In this document: piece after piece, positions 1-9,628 of the stretch
How the letters are laid out: every line of letters starts with the position of its first letter
Position numbering within the stretch: position 1 is the stretch's first letter
Assembly: GCA_965230915.1 (NCBI GenBank)
Contig: OZ246395.1
Coordinates: 858,431-922,430 of the forward strand
Direction: 5' to 3'
Length of the DNA: 64,000 nt
Source of the DNA: an uncultured Candidatus Saccharibacteria bacterium
Lineage (GTDB): Bacteria > Patescibacteriota > WWE3 > 2-01-FULL-39-13
Position numbers and translations under genes: made by a program
The notes under the pieces: model-generated
What the model saw: the letters and a program-made list of their open reading frames with translations, nothing else
Database searches by the model: none
Told to the model about the DNA's origin: nothing

Positions 1-3000
1 AGCAGGATCTGTAATACCAGTTATAGTTCTGGTTGCTTCTGCCCATACATCTGCTGCGGTTAATGTCGACCGACTTGAAACTGCAGCATCCAAGTTATCA
101 CAAACCCTCTTTCCGACAGACCCAGAGGTGTTTAATATCGAACATGCAGAATCCCAAATAGCAGATCTTGAAGCAGAGGTGAGTGCTACTTCACCAGTAA
201 TTGTCCTTGTTCCATATTCCCATACCTGCTGAGCTGTAATATCGTTTAATCCGTCGATATCTGCTTGTGTAGCAAGACTCCCGCTATCTAGATCAGCTGT
301 TGTTAGTGATCTTAATGCATAACTCCAGATATCAGCAGCTGAAGCGCCACCTCCGCCCCCGGTAGAAGACGATGTCGCGGCAAGAATAGCAAATCTGTTA
401 CCATTTGCAGGGGAAAAAGGCAGAGCAGGATCCAAAGTAATTGTTTTACTGGCTCCAGCATAATCAGAAATTCTTCTTACCACTCCCGTATTCTGACCCT
501 CGGTAAAAATTATTACCCCATCATTATAAAAATTGTCGGTAGCCGAAGTTAAATTTGTATTAAATGAAGTTGTTGTAGCAGATGGATCAGATACATTTGC
601 GTAATTTGCAACAAGCGAATCCTGTAATAACTGTCCGAAAGAGCCATCTGTATCGGCAAAATTCGAATATTGTGCAGCCCATACTCCTTCAGCTGTTAGA
701 CCTGTAGATAACCAAGGAGACACAGGCTGACCATCTGCATAAAAGTCGAGCGTTCCAGTATCAACTGACCCCGATAAAATAGATACATCATCTATATAAA
801 CATATGGCGGTTCATATATTACATAATCACCAACAGTGGTCGCTGCAAATGTAGTGCTTCTTAAAAATGGAACAACCGTACCTTTTAAATATAGGATTTG
901 GGATGTATTTCTTACAATATCAAATATTTTTCCATTAGAATCTTTTAATTTATAACCAACCCATTGATTCGGCGTCCAAGATTTATCAACATCTTCGAAC
1001 ATGGGGGGTAGATAGTTTCCGATAGGAAGAGCAATAACTTCGTTTGTTCCAGAGTCGCTGGCAACAAAATTATTTTTAACAGAAATTACTAACTCCGCTA
1101 AAGCCGATTCGGTCGGTGTTCCTGATACAACAAACTGCTGCCATGTACCGGGGTCGTCGCTGGCGGTCCATGTTAAATTATCACCTGTCATCCCAAGTCC
1201 TGATAGTGTAACTGTTGGCAAATTAGAAGAACCATACGCATCATTTACGTAAATATATCCTGTAACAGCGAGTGGCTTTGTTGCAACTCCAACGACTTTA
1301 GCAGTGTAATCCAAAGTAACATCAGCGCTTGTAGGTTCCATTCTCCAGCTATAACCGCCACTCGTTCTTACAGTTGTATCAGATAAGGATTGCCCCGTGG
1401 TTCGCATGTTTCCGAATGTTGTAAAGTTAACAATGTCTTTAGTATTAGTAGAATAAGTACCTCTAATATCAGTCCCGGGGATTGTTGTTCCAAAATAGTG
1501 CTCAGGTATGCGTGACATATTTGTATATCCAGCAGTACCAAATAGCACAGGGCTTAAAAACTGAGTACCAGAACCAGTAAATTGTGCCAACGATTCTGCC
1601 TCAAATGTTGCAGTATTCGGAGATGTATTTATATCTGATTCGTTCCATAATCCGCGACCAAACACGCTGCCGTCATCAGTAATTGCAATCGAAGATGCAG
1701 TCTGAGCAAAACGTATTCCGGACCCATATTCTGAACCGACTGTAACAACATCAGACGATGTGTGCCCGTCAAATACGTTATCTGACATATTAAAGAAAGA
1801 ATTCCCATACAATCTAATACCATAGTTATTTATAGAAAATATATTGTTCGATATAGTTACTTTCGCAACTCCAGAACTAAAGTTTAATGCCCCGCTCGTA
1901 CCGGAACCGGCAACCCCGTTATTGTAAAATTCGCTATTCGAAACAGTATATAGACGACCCGAAAAGAACGCAGCAGCACCATTAGCTGCAGCAGGAGGGA
2001 CTGTAACATAGGCATTACGATTTCCCATAAAAATACTTCCGTCGATTCCAACATTTTGCGATGTACTTGCATTGTATCCGCTACCTATATTCGCAGCGGC
2101 AAAGTTTGTAGTAACAAAGTATGCCCCGACATAATTAGTTCCTTCTGTTTTGCCTGAAACTGTATATGCGCGATCATAAAAGTTATAAAAGACGGAGTTA
2201 GAAACTCGTTGCGTTGGTTTTACAGCCGCTGAAGTATACGGATTTCCGACAATTGAGAAATTGCTGTATTGATTCTCCATAGACACATCCGAAAAATCTA
2301 GCGTGGCTAAACCTGAGAGGCCAACAGCTACAGGCCCAAAACCAAGCCCGGCATTAATAGGTGCACCGGTTGTCGCCCCTGTATAAGAGATATTTTCAGT
2401 CGACCATATATGTGTATTTCTCTTTAAATTCAGGACAGGCGAATAGGTCGGATTATCCTCCGACTCTCTTTTCGCTTTATGATGATATGTGAAATTATTT
2501 GACCAACCTGTAAGTGTGGCGAGCGCAGCATTTTCTAAAAATCCCGACCCAGATTTTATTCTTGCCGATGGAGTATATTTATCACCGGTATTATCGACCC
2601 ATACACGCGTTCTTTGAGGGTATGTAATTACACGAATCCGTTCGTTTCCGGTGTCAGCGCCATTTGTAAAAATTATTGAAGGATTACCAAAAGCATAGTC
2701 GGCCCATACCCATCCCTCGCGAGGGTTCATTGCAGAATCAAAACTCGCCCTAAATATATTTGTCCCCGCAACACCTGAACCCGAGCAAGTGACAGTCTCT
2801 CCGCCTGTCCATGCACTGGATGGTGGAGTAAACGAACCGTAATTACAGCCGGCAGAAGTATCGATATCATCATCAAATATTGCAAATTCATCGATGCTTC
2901 CATCAAACGCGGCATCATATGTATACCTGTTTCCGATAATAACTAACCCTGCATTAGCTCCTCTTGTTCCAACGGTCGAAGCTTGCCCAGTTGTAAATGG

Positions 3001-6000
3001 AGTTCCATCAAGCCATGCACGTTTAGCATTGGCAGTTTCATCCCATGCTAATCTGAAGTGATACCATTGTCCCGCAGTTGGAGAAAAGCTCTGCCTTAAT
3101 AGTGTCCCTTGAGCTGCTGCTGCATAGATCGCAGCCTCTAAATAACCGTCGGGAGTATGTCTTATAAAAAGTCTGTTCGTATCTCCAAGGTTGGCATAGT
3201 CTACAAGGTACGCACCTTTGGGGTTAGAAGGAGAACCTGAATAATTCGCTTTAAACCAGAAATCAATTGTTCCGTTTTGACGTGCACTGGCGGTTCCGCT
3301 CTGACCTTCAATATTATATCTAGTAGCGATACTGCTACTTGTAATTGCATATGTAGGATAAACCAAAACAGCGCTGCCAATACCATTTACACCAGTCCAG
3401 GATCCGTTATTTCTTAAGTAATTATCCTGGAGCAAAAGCATTCTATCCCCGAACTTAGTTGCGGTTGGAGACCCCGATGGAATCCTTAAGCTTATCTCAT
3501 CATCAGGGGAAGTATATGTAGTACCGGGGGTTGCAGTCCCTGAAGATCCGGTTGCACTGCCTGTAACTGTATATTTACTTTGCGTCGGATCCCATTCAAA
3601 ATCCCAAAGTTCATATTTTGTGTCTCCGTTAGAGGTCGTAATTCCCACAGCACTATCTAGTCCCTTATAGCTTCTAATTCCGGTGGAACTTAAATATATT
3701 TTGTCGCCAATTTCCGGAGGAGTTACCCCGTTTCTCCCACCTTTATGCTTAAGGGTGAAGTTGATATAGCTGCTTGTAAAAGGTGTGCCTGGGGTAGCGG
3801 TGCCAATCGAACCTTGAGTTGAACCTACAACATTCCAAGTTCCCGTATCTGTGAATGTGTCCGAAAAGCCTGTGTCTGTTGAAACTGTGTCGAATAAGGC
3901 TTTCATTCCTTGGGACGCAGTTGCAGAACCTGTATAAAGTCCGAATCGGCCTGCGGTATATGTTGCATTTGTTTCAGTTTCATCCCACGAACCCGGCTCA
4001 CCTGAAGAACAATCTGAAGTCGCCCAGAACTTTGCATTAAGAGTTGTTCCACTAACTTGAGCCTTCAAACAGTACCAGGTGTCTTCACTAAAAGCTTTTG
4101 TGGTCGCTGAACCAATTAAAGTCGGAACACCAGCCAAAGTCGTATACCAGCCGATTGTATTAGCCGCATTCGTTTTTGTTATTAAGGCGGCATAACCATT
4201 TCCGTCAAGGTTCTGCCTCATCATTACTCCAACACGTCTAGATGTTGCATCCGCAACCATATCCATTTTTACGAGCGCACTTATTGTGTAATCGGTGCCA
4301 GTTAGCGAACCATTATGCAAAACAAGGTGCTGAACGTTGGTTGCATTAACATTTAATGTTCCACTATCAATATGCCAAATATATGGAGCTGAAGGTAAAG
4401 CCTGAGCACTTGTATATTTTTGGGTTTCTATCCAGCCAGGAGAGTTTCCATATTCAAGAGTCCAAGTTTCATTTGGATCATAAGAAGCTCCCGGAGTGAC
4501 CTCAGATAGTTTTGCCTCTTGTACGCCTGATGAAACAGCAATAGCCCCCGATGATAATCTTTCTATACCGCTCATTCCTATAGGTGTTGTTTGATTAGCC
4601 GGAGAAGTAGTCCACGATGAAAAACTGGAAATTCTTGCTCTGACCCAATACGCATTAACACTGTTAATCGTGGTTTTTGCCGGAGTGCCTGTTAAGTTAG
4701 AAGGCGTCCAGCTAAGTATTTTTCTACCGGTATTCGAACTAAAAACCGATGTGGGATCAACAGAAACCCAATGTCCGCCATTTAATCTTGAGACTCTGGC
4801 GTTCTGAGCCGTTGTATATCCCGATGGAAGCGGCTCCGCAAAAGTCAAAACAGTCGCAGTTGGAGCTGTTGTTCCAAGTCTTCTATATATAGGACTCGAA
4901 TCATCATCGTCAATCATTACGATTTGGTCTAAACCGAAGTTTGCTCCACCTTCAGGGATTGTTATTGTGTAAGAGTTTCTGGTTATATCAGCAGACAACG
5001 GCATCGAGTAATCGGTTCTAGGCTGATATATATACGAATCTCTAGGTGTAAAACTAATCCAGTTAGAACCATTCCAGAATTCCCATACATAACTTGCAGA
5101 TGCAGACATTAATGTTCCAATATTAAATTCCAGCGAATAGAACATACTGTTGCCTTGATCTGCAAAGTACACTGCATCATTTACTTCAGAATTTGCGCTA
5201 TCACCAAAAATCGTCCATGCAGTACTATTCGCATAGTTAGAAGAATAGCTTACAGATCCACCGTTATAGTTGGCATTGTAAATATTTGTTAGAGGAACCG
5301 TACCGATTTCGGAAACCTCCATATTTGGAGCCGGTAAATCATTTTTACCTCCAGCGGTCACACCTCCGGTCCAGAGTGGCATTTGGGCAGCATCATCAAC
5401 GCTTCCCATTTCTAAAGTAGAAATATTATTATCTGGTGGCAGGTTTGTTCCACCGCCGACTGCAATTTCATCTGTGGGCTGCCAGTTTCCAACGACATTG
5501 TCTTCCACATCAACCCAAGTATTGCCTGCATCTGTAAGGTTGTTCCCCAAATAACCGGTATCAATGTTGCCATCGATATCAACGGCCAAATCGCTCTTGC
5601 TTGTTCTAAAATCGCTCGACCCATCTGCATACAAACTAACTCTTCCGGTACGAAAGTTTGTCTGCGTAGAAGCAGCGATAATACCCGTCATTGTAAAAAC
5701 CCCGGCTCTACGATCTGACCCTGTTGGAAGTTCGGTAGTTATGCCTTTTGCGATATAAGCGCCTTGCGCTGTTGTATAACCGGTAACGGCAGCGGCAGTT
5801 AAAGTGATTGATGTCCCGCTTTGAATAGCGGCAATCACACGGGTTATTGCGACAGAATTATTATCATCAAGAATTATAGTATCTCCAACCGCAAACCCTG
5901 TTGTTGATGTAACAGTAAGTGTCGTGGAAGCGGCAGAATCTACAGTAAGAGTAGTCGAAGCTGCCGGGCTTACATTATCAAAATGTATATCCGAATAAGA

Positions 6001-8484
6001 AGAAGCTGGCAAAGCCGCCCCCGGTTTACCGAATGCGACAGAAGCATTAGACTCTACGACAATTTTGCCCGGGATATTTATTCGATAATGTTTGTTGGCT
6101 GAATTATCTATTCCTAGCTGCGAACCGGGGGTAACTAACGCCGAAACCCATCCGCCGTTAGATGTATATGCCGCAAAGTCGGTTCGGCTACCCGCACCAT
6201 CGCCGACCGCACCTGATACATTGCCAGTATATATAAGACCTGCGTCCCAATTACGGTCAATCGTAACAACGTGGCTCTCTTTAGTCGCCCAATTTATATC
6301 ATTTGATAAATTCGAAGAATCATTAGTATCCGGATCGGATTTTCCATTACCAACAATAACCATATCTCCATCTGCGGGCGCAGTAGTATTGGCATCTCCA
6401 TATGCTACAAAGTAAATATGTCTATTAGATAAAAATGGATATCTCGTTGAAGAAGTTGCAACTGCCTCTGATTTGGCATAAGCAAGAACAACACTCGTAG
6501 TACGAGCCAACAAAGTTGAACCTGTAGGGTTTTGAGCGTGATTTATAGAGGTCCACTTTAAAACATTTCCGTTTGAAGGTGTCCCGGTATTAGAAAGGGT
6601 AACCGAAACTTCAGCTATTTTTGCCGATTGATCGGTAGTGTAAGTTCCGTTTCCAGGACTGCTGTTTAATGTTATTGGTTGACCGACACCACAAGAGCCG
6701 GAAAAACTTGAAATCGTTCTAGTTATTATTGGGGAGTTATTATCATAAATGGCTACAGTTCCGCCTGTTGCAAACTTTGTATTGTCCTCGACGCAAATTA
6801 CAGCCGTAGCATCTGTGTTTGCCTGAACAGTCTGATGTGCACCCTGAATTATTCTTTGCTTCCAAATTGATCTAGCCACGCTGGCATTTTTAGAAGTTGT
6901 ATAACCGGTAACCATTGCAGAAGTTGTAACAATGGCAGGGCCGTCCGAACAGCTCGCATGTGATGAAGTCACAGATGCAATAGTTCTTTGTATTGTAGCT
7001 GTATCTGAATCCCAAATATCAATATATTGATTAGCCGCAAAACCGGTAGTAGAAGCTACACAAATTACCGTTGTTGCGGTTGAATTAGCAGTAAGAGTAG
7101 TTAAAGTTGCCCCATCATCAACCCAAGAAGCACCTGTCGCACCGTCAGTAGCGGTTGTCAGTTTTCTTGCTTGAGTTCCTGATACCGAGCCTACAATGGT
7201 CCAATCGCTTGTGGCCGATGAATAGGTCGCGGTCCAGTGCTCATTTTCAGTCCTTCTTGCTGTAGGCAATCCAACTCCCGCGGAAGAATTAGCGACGACC
7301 ATTCCACCTAATAAAGATGCTGAACCGCCAAGCACACTATTTGAAGTCAACGCAGGCGGCATATTCATAGTAGAGGCACTTGTAGCATCAATATCAATTA
7401 CGCCGAGTGTTCTAACAGTTCCATTTACCGAAGCAAAACCATTAGACTGAGGCGATTCGCCCCATACTCCAAGAGCAGTCGTCGCCGGAGCAGTCGCTCC
7501 CATATTTATAATGCGTATTCCATAATGCTTAGTCGTCGAAACGCCCGGATCAACAGCCAAAGGCGGATCAAATCTAAAATCTAGAGTTGCTCTACCAAAA
7601 TTACCCGGCTGGGAATTTTCGCCAGATGTAGCCTGATTAAATTGCCATACAGTTCTTCTTTCGACAACAGTATCCGAAGGGTAAGTATAAGCACCCTGTG
7701 TGCCTGTTACATAATTCGAACACGATGAAGTACAGCTCGCGGATGGAAACCTTAGAAGCTCAACCACAATATCGCTGTTTGAAAGCGAAGTCGATGTAAT
7801 GTTTTCCATGATTATCTGAACACCGGCTATATTGCCGTCATCTGAAGGCGTAAAACCAATAAATTGTGCCGCCGCATAAGTTGCTGTCGCCGCCATAGGA
7901 ACGTATCCGACTGCCAAGCCTCCGGCAGAACCATCGGTCGTACCACCCGGGTGAATTGGGTTAAAGGTTCCCGATTCGGCATCACCGTTAACACCATCGC
8001 CCGAATATGCCATCGCTGTATACCAGTCACCATCAGTAGATAGGGTCGTACTTTGCTTTGATATTTTAACCGCACCTGTAAACGTCGCCGCAAAAGGCTT
8101 TGGCGCAAATAATTTTGACGATACAAATATAAAAATTGCAACAAAAGCTGGAGCTAAAAATACAATCGCCAAGACAAGAGGTAAATGCCTTCGGACATAC
8201 AAAACAATCTTTGCCGGAGTTAGATTTTTTATATCTCTATAAAAATTTTTAATGAGTTTTTTGTAATCGGTAGTTCTGAAAGTTCTGTATAAATTTTTAG
8301 AAAATATAATTATTTCCTTCTTCGAAAACCTGACATTCTTGATTTTTTTAATAAGGAAAATGATTGATGGAATTATTCCCGAAGTCTTTTCTTTTATAGT
8401 TTTAGGTAAGTTCGCTAATAAGGTCTGCCACACAACCATCTTTCGACGGTAAACTGACTTTCGCCTGGGCAGATTAGTTCGCAT
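1..8484 (-). CDS. Giant cell-surface protein, partial (start at 8484, continues past window start; >2820 codons in window). N-terminal TM anchor, parallel beta-helix-like repeats, LamG/concanavalin-like motif, repeated ~65-aa T/S-rich modules
   Basis: Manual translation of the minus strand from ATG (rc of cat at 8482-8484) stays open to position 1 with protein-like composition. The ORF track shows no >=60-aa ORF in this frame and only short ORFs in the other frames, as expected if one frame runs off the edge. TM helix LVLAIVFLAPAFVAIFIFV near the N-terminus; ISNNIFSINNYGIRLYGNSFFNMSDNVF is a PbH1-like beta-helix repeat; GSIDEFAIFDDDID is a LamG-like motif. Confidence 0.85.
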   Translation of the reverse strand, partial: MRTNLPRRKSVYRRKMVVWQTLLANLPKTIKEKTSGIIPSIIFLIKKIKNVRFSKKEIIIFSKNLYRTFRTTDYKKLIKNFYRDIKNLTPAKIVLYVRRHLPLVLAIVFLAPAFVAIFIFVSSKLFAPKPFAATFTGAVKISKQSTTLSTDGDWYTAMAYSGDGVNGDAESGTFNPIHPGGTTDGSAGGLAVGYVPMAATATYAAAQFIGFTPSDDGNIAGVQIIMENITSTSLSNSDIVVELLRFPSASCTSSCSNYVTGTQGAYTYPSDTVVERRTVWQFNQATSGENSQPGNFGRATLDFRFDPPLAVDPGVSTTKHYGIRIINMGATAPATTALGVWGESPQSNGFASVNGTVRTLGVIDIDATSASTMNMPPALTSNSVLGGSASLLGGMVVANSSAGVGLPTARRTENEHWTATYSSATSDWTIVGSVSGTQARKLTTATDGATGASWVDDGATLTTLTANSTATTVICVASTTGFAANQYIDIWDSDTATIQRTIASVTSSHASCSDGPAIVTTSAMVTGYTTSKNASVARSIWKQRIIQGAHQTVQANTDATAVICVEDNTKFATGGTVAIYDNNSPIITRTISSFSGSCGVGQPITLNSSPGNGTYTTDQSAKIAEVSVTLSNTGTPSNGNVLKWTSINHAQNPTGSTLLARTTSVVLAYAKSEAVATSSTRYPFLSNRHIYFVAYGDANTTAPADGDMVIVGNGKSDPDTNDSSNLSNDINWATKESHVVTIDRNWDAGLIYTGNVSGAVGDGAGSRTDFAAYTSNGGWVSALVTPGSQLGIDNSANKHYRINIPGKIVVESNASVAFGKPGAALPASSYSDIHFDNVSPAASTTLTVDSAASTTLTVTSTTGFAVGDTIILDDNNSVAITRVIAAIQSGTSITLTAAAVTGYTTAQGAYIAKGITTELPTGSDRRAGVFTMTGIIAASTQTNFRTGRVSLYADGSSDFRTSKSDLAVDIDGNIDTGYLGNNLTDAGNTWVDVEDNVVGNWQPTDEIAVGGGTNLPPDNNISTLEMGSVDDAAQMPLWTGGVTAGGKNDLPAPNMEVSEIGTVPLTNIYNANYNGGSVSYSSNYANSTAWTIFGDSANSEVNDAVYFADQGNSMFYSLEFNIGTLMSASASYVWEFWNGSNWISFTPRDSYIYQPRTDYSMPLSADITRNSYTITIPEGGANFGLDQIVMIDDDDSSPIYRRLGTTAPTATVLTFAEPLPSGYTTAQNARVSRLNGGHWVSVDPTSVFSSNTGRKILSWTPSNLTGTPAKTTINSVNAYWVRARISSFSSWTTSPANQTTPIGMSGIERLSSGAIAVSSGVQEAKLSEVTPGASYDPNETWTLEYGNSPGWIETQKYTSAQALPSAPYIWHIDSGTLNVNATNVQHLVLHNGSLTGTDYTISALVKMDMVADATSRRVGVMMRQNLDGNGYAALITKTNAANTIGWYTTLAGVPTLIGSATTKAFSEDTWYCLKAQVSGTTLNAKFWATSDCSSGEPGSWDETETNATYTAGRFGLYTGSATASQGMKALFDTVSTDTGFSDTFTDTGTWNVVGSTQGSIGTATPGTPFTSSYINFTLKHKGGRNGVTPPEIGDKIYLSSTGIRSYKGLDSAVGITTSNGDTKYELWDFEWDPTQSKYTVTGSATGSSGTATPGTTYTSPDDEISLRIPSGSPTATKFGDRMLLLQDNYLRNNGSWTGVNGIGSAVLVYPTYAITSSSIATRYNIEGQSGTASARQNGTIDFWFKANYSGSPSNPKGAYLVDYANLGDTNRLFIRHTPDGYLEAAIYAAAAQGTLLRQSFSPTAGQWYHFRLAWDETANAKRAWLDGTPFTTGQASTVGTRGANAGLVIIGNRYTYDAAFDGSIDEFAIFDDDIDTSAGCNYGSFTPPSSAWTGGETVTCSGSGVAGTNIFRASFDSAMNPREGWVWADYAFGNPSIIFTNGADTGNERIRVITYPQRTRVWVDNTGDKYTPSARIKSGSGFLENAALATLTGWSNNFTYHHKAKRESEDNPTYSPVLNLKRNTHIWSTENISYTGATTGAPINAGLGFGPVAVGLSGLATLDFSDVSMENQYSNFSIVGNPYTSAAVKPTQRVSNSVFYNFYDRAYTVSGKTEGTNYVGAYFVTTNFAAANIGSGYNASTSQNVGIDGSIFMGNRNAYVTVPPAAANGAAAFFSGRLYTVSNSEFYNNGVAGSGTSGALNFSSGVAKVTISNNIFSINNYGIRLYGNSFFNMSDNVFDGHTSSDVVTVGSEYGSGIRFAQTASSIAITDDGSVFGRGLWNESDINTSPNTATFEAESLAQFTGSGTQFLSPVLFGTAGYTNMSRIPEHYFGTTIPGTDIRGTYSTNTKDIVNFTTFGNMRTTGQSLSDTTVRTSGGYSWRMEPTSADVTLDYTAKVVGVATKPLAVTGYIYVNDAYGSSNLPTVTLSGLGMTGDNLTWTASDDPGTWQQFVVSGTPTESALAELVISVKNNFVASDSGTNEVIALPIGNYLPPMFEDVDKSWTPNQWVGYKLKDSNGKIFDIVRNTSQILYLKGTVVPFLRSTTFAATTVGDYVIYEPPYVYIDDVSILSGSVDTGTLDFYADGQPVSPWLSTGLTAEGVWAAQYSNFADTDGSFGQLLQDSLVANYANVSDPSATTTSFNTNLTSATDNFYNDGVIIFTEGQNTGVVRRISDYAGASKTITLDPALPFSPANGNRFAILAATSSSTGGGGGASAADIWSYALRSLTTADLDSGSLATQADIDGLNDITAQQVWEYGTRTITGEVALTSASRSAIWDSACSILNTSGSVGKRVCDNLDAAVSSRSTLTAADVWAEATRTITGITDPA

Positions 8485-8525
8485 ATTTTTTGTTGTATTG
8501 CAGGCTTCTTTCTATATTTAACACA

Positions 8526-8553
8526 ATAAAAGAGTTTGGTGGAACTCTTTTAA
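8526..8553 (-). terminator. Rho-independent terminator-like hairpin between the receiver gene and the giant gene
   Basis: AAAAGAGTT-TGGTGG-AACTCTTTT stem-loop. The minus-sense RNA is followed by UUUUAUUGUGUU. Confidence 0.5.
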
Positions 8554-8847
8554 TATATATAAGTTAGACTTAGAAAACAGCCAAATTTAACCTAGAATAG
8601 GTTTTCTCCTGTTAAATATTATCACGTTTAATATCGATTTTGTTGCCTTTTATTACTCTGAAATTTATTGTAACTTGGTGTTTTTTTATCAAATAATTCT
8701 AGTCGGAAACATAGCAAACTGGAGACCAGACCTAATCAATAAAAATATTGGCCACAATAGCTGCCGCGACTTGGACGTAATAAGAATTATGATAACTCGA
8801 TTAATATGAGCTCTCCATAAAAGTGAGACTATGCAGCCCTCACTGTC

Positions 8848-9240
8848 TTAAGGTTGTGCGTTTGAGCGATCCTCTGTCAACAAGTCTTCTATCTTATCAA
8901 GCAATTCCGCGATGGAAATATTGCTCTTAATAAAGTAAAAAGCGGGACGCTCTATTAGAACCGTACTCAAAATGTTTTCATCAGGCTCTAGATTCGTTAG
9001 CATTATAACTTTCGTCTGATTACCGTTTGGCTGCTTTCTCACATCGCCTAAAACGGTAACTCCACTAATGCCTGGTAGCATAATATCTAGAATTATGAGA
9101 TCCGGTTTTTCAAGCTGAGCTAGCTGAAGGCCAATTTCTCCGTCATTTGCTTCAATAACATCGTAACCGGATTCGGTAAGTTTATCTCTAAGTAATCTTG
9201 CATAGGATTTTTCATCCTCGATTATAAGAATTTTTTTCAT
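8848..9240 (-). CDS. Stand-alone response regulator receiver (REC-only, CheY-like)
   Basis: KILIIEDE...DLIILDIMLPGISG receiver motifs and no output domain. Paralog of 12685..13056 (shared C-terminal IMLTNLEP...IE.PA.YF.KS). Followed by hairpin GTGAGGGCTGCATAGTCTCAC + UUUUAU. Confidence 0.85.
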   Translation of the reverse strand: MKKILIIEDEKSYARLLRDKLTESGYDVIEANDGEIGLQLAQLEKPDLIILDIMLPGISGVTVLGDVRKQPNGNQTKVIMLTNLEPDENILSTVLIERPAFYFIKSNISIAELLDKIEDLLTEDRSNAQP

Positions 9241-9244
9241 TTTT

Positions 9245-9628
9245 TTATAAACTATTTGTATACTTTTTTACCTTATTAACAACACTTGAAAGAGATTCAT
9301 CAGATTTTATTATATAGCCGTCTATGCCTATTTTCTGAACCTTTTTAATATCGTCGTCCTGCCCTAAATTTGAAAGCGCTACTACTTTTAAGTCTTTAAA
9401 TTCATTATTTTCTCTGATTTGTTTTAACACTCCGAAGCCATCCATTACCGGCATTATCAAATCAAGTAAAACTAAATCTGGCTTTAGACGCTGCAAACTT
9501 TCTAACAGCTCTGCACCATTACTCACTGATATAATCTTAAATTTTTCCTTTTCCAACGTCGATTGCAAAATTCTCTTATAGGCAACTTCGTCTTCAGCTA
9601 TAAGTATAAGTTTATTACGCATTCTCAC
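9245..9628 (-). CDS. Stand-alone response regulator receiver (REC-only)
   Basis: LILIAEDE...DLVLLDLIMPVMDG; 14-nt overlap with the upstream kinase gene, so operonic. Confidence 0.85.
   Translation of the reverse strand: MRMRNKLILIAEDEVAYKRILQSTLEKEKFKIISVSNGAELLESLQRLKPDLVLLDLIMPVMDGFGVLKQIRENNEFKDLKVVALSNLGQDDDIKKVQKIGIDGYIIKSDESLSSVVNKVKKYTNSL

Noticed and set aside
4530-4560. Isolated CUGAUGA occurrences elsewhere (e.g. CCTGATGAAAC at ~4535 in the giant gene)
   Set aside because: No flanking stems I/II/III and no GAAA at the right distance. Expected by chance in 64 kb, so not a hammerhead.
1629-8144. Short minus-strand ORFs from the track (1629..1823, 1884..2072, 2727..2918, 3201..3386, 5412..5630, 7827..8144) and plus-strand ORFs 3855..4040, 5564..5758, 6092..6415
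   Set aside because: All lie in the wrong frame or strand inside the giant minus-strand gene (they share frame class pos mod 3 = 2, or are antisense). Their composition is Leu/Arg/Ser-rich like frame artefacts.
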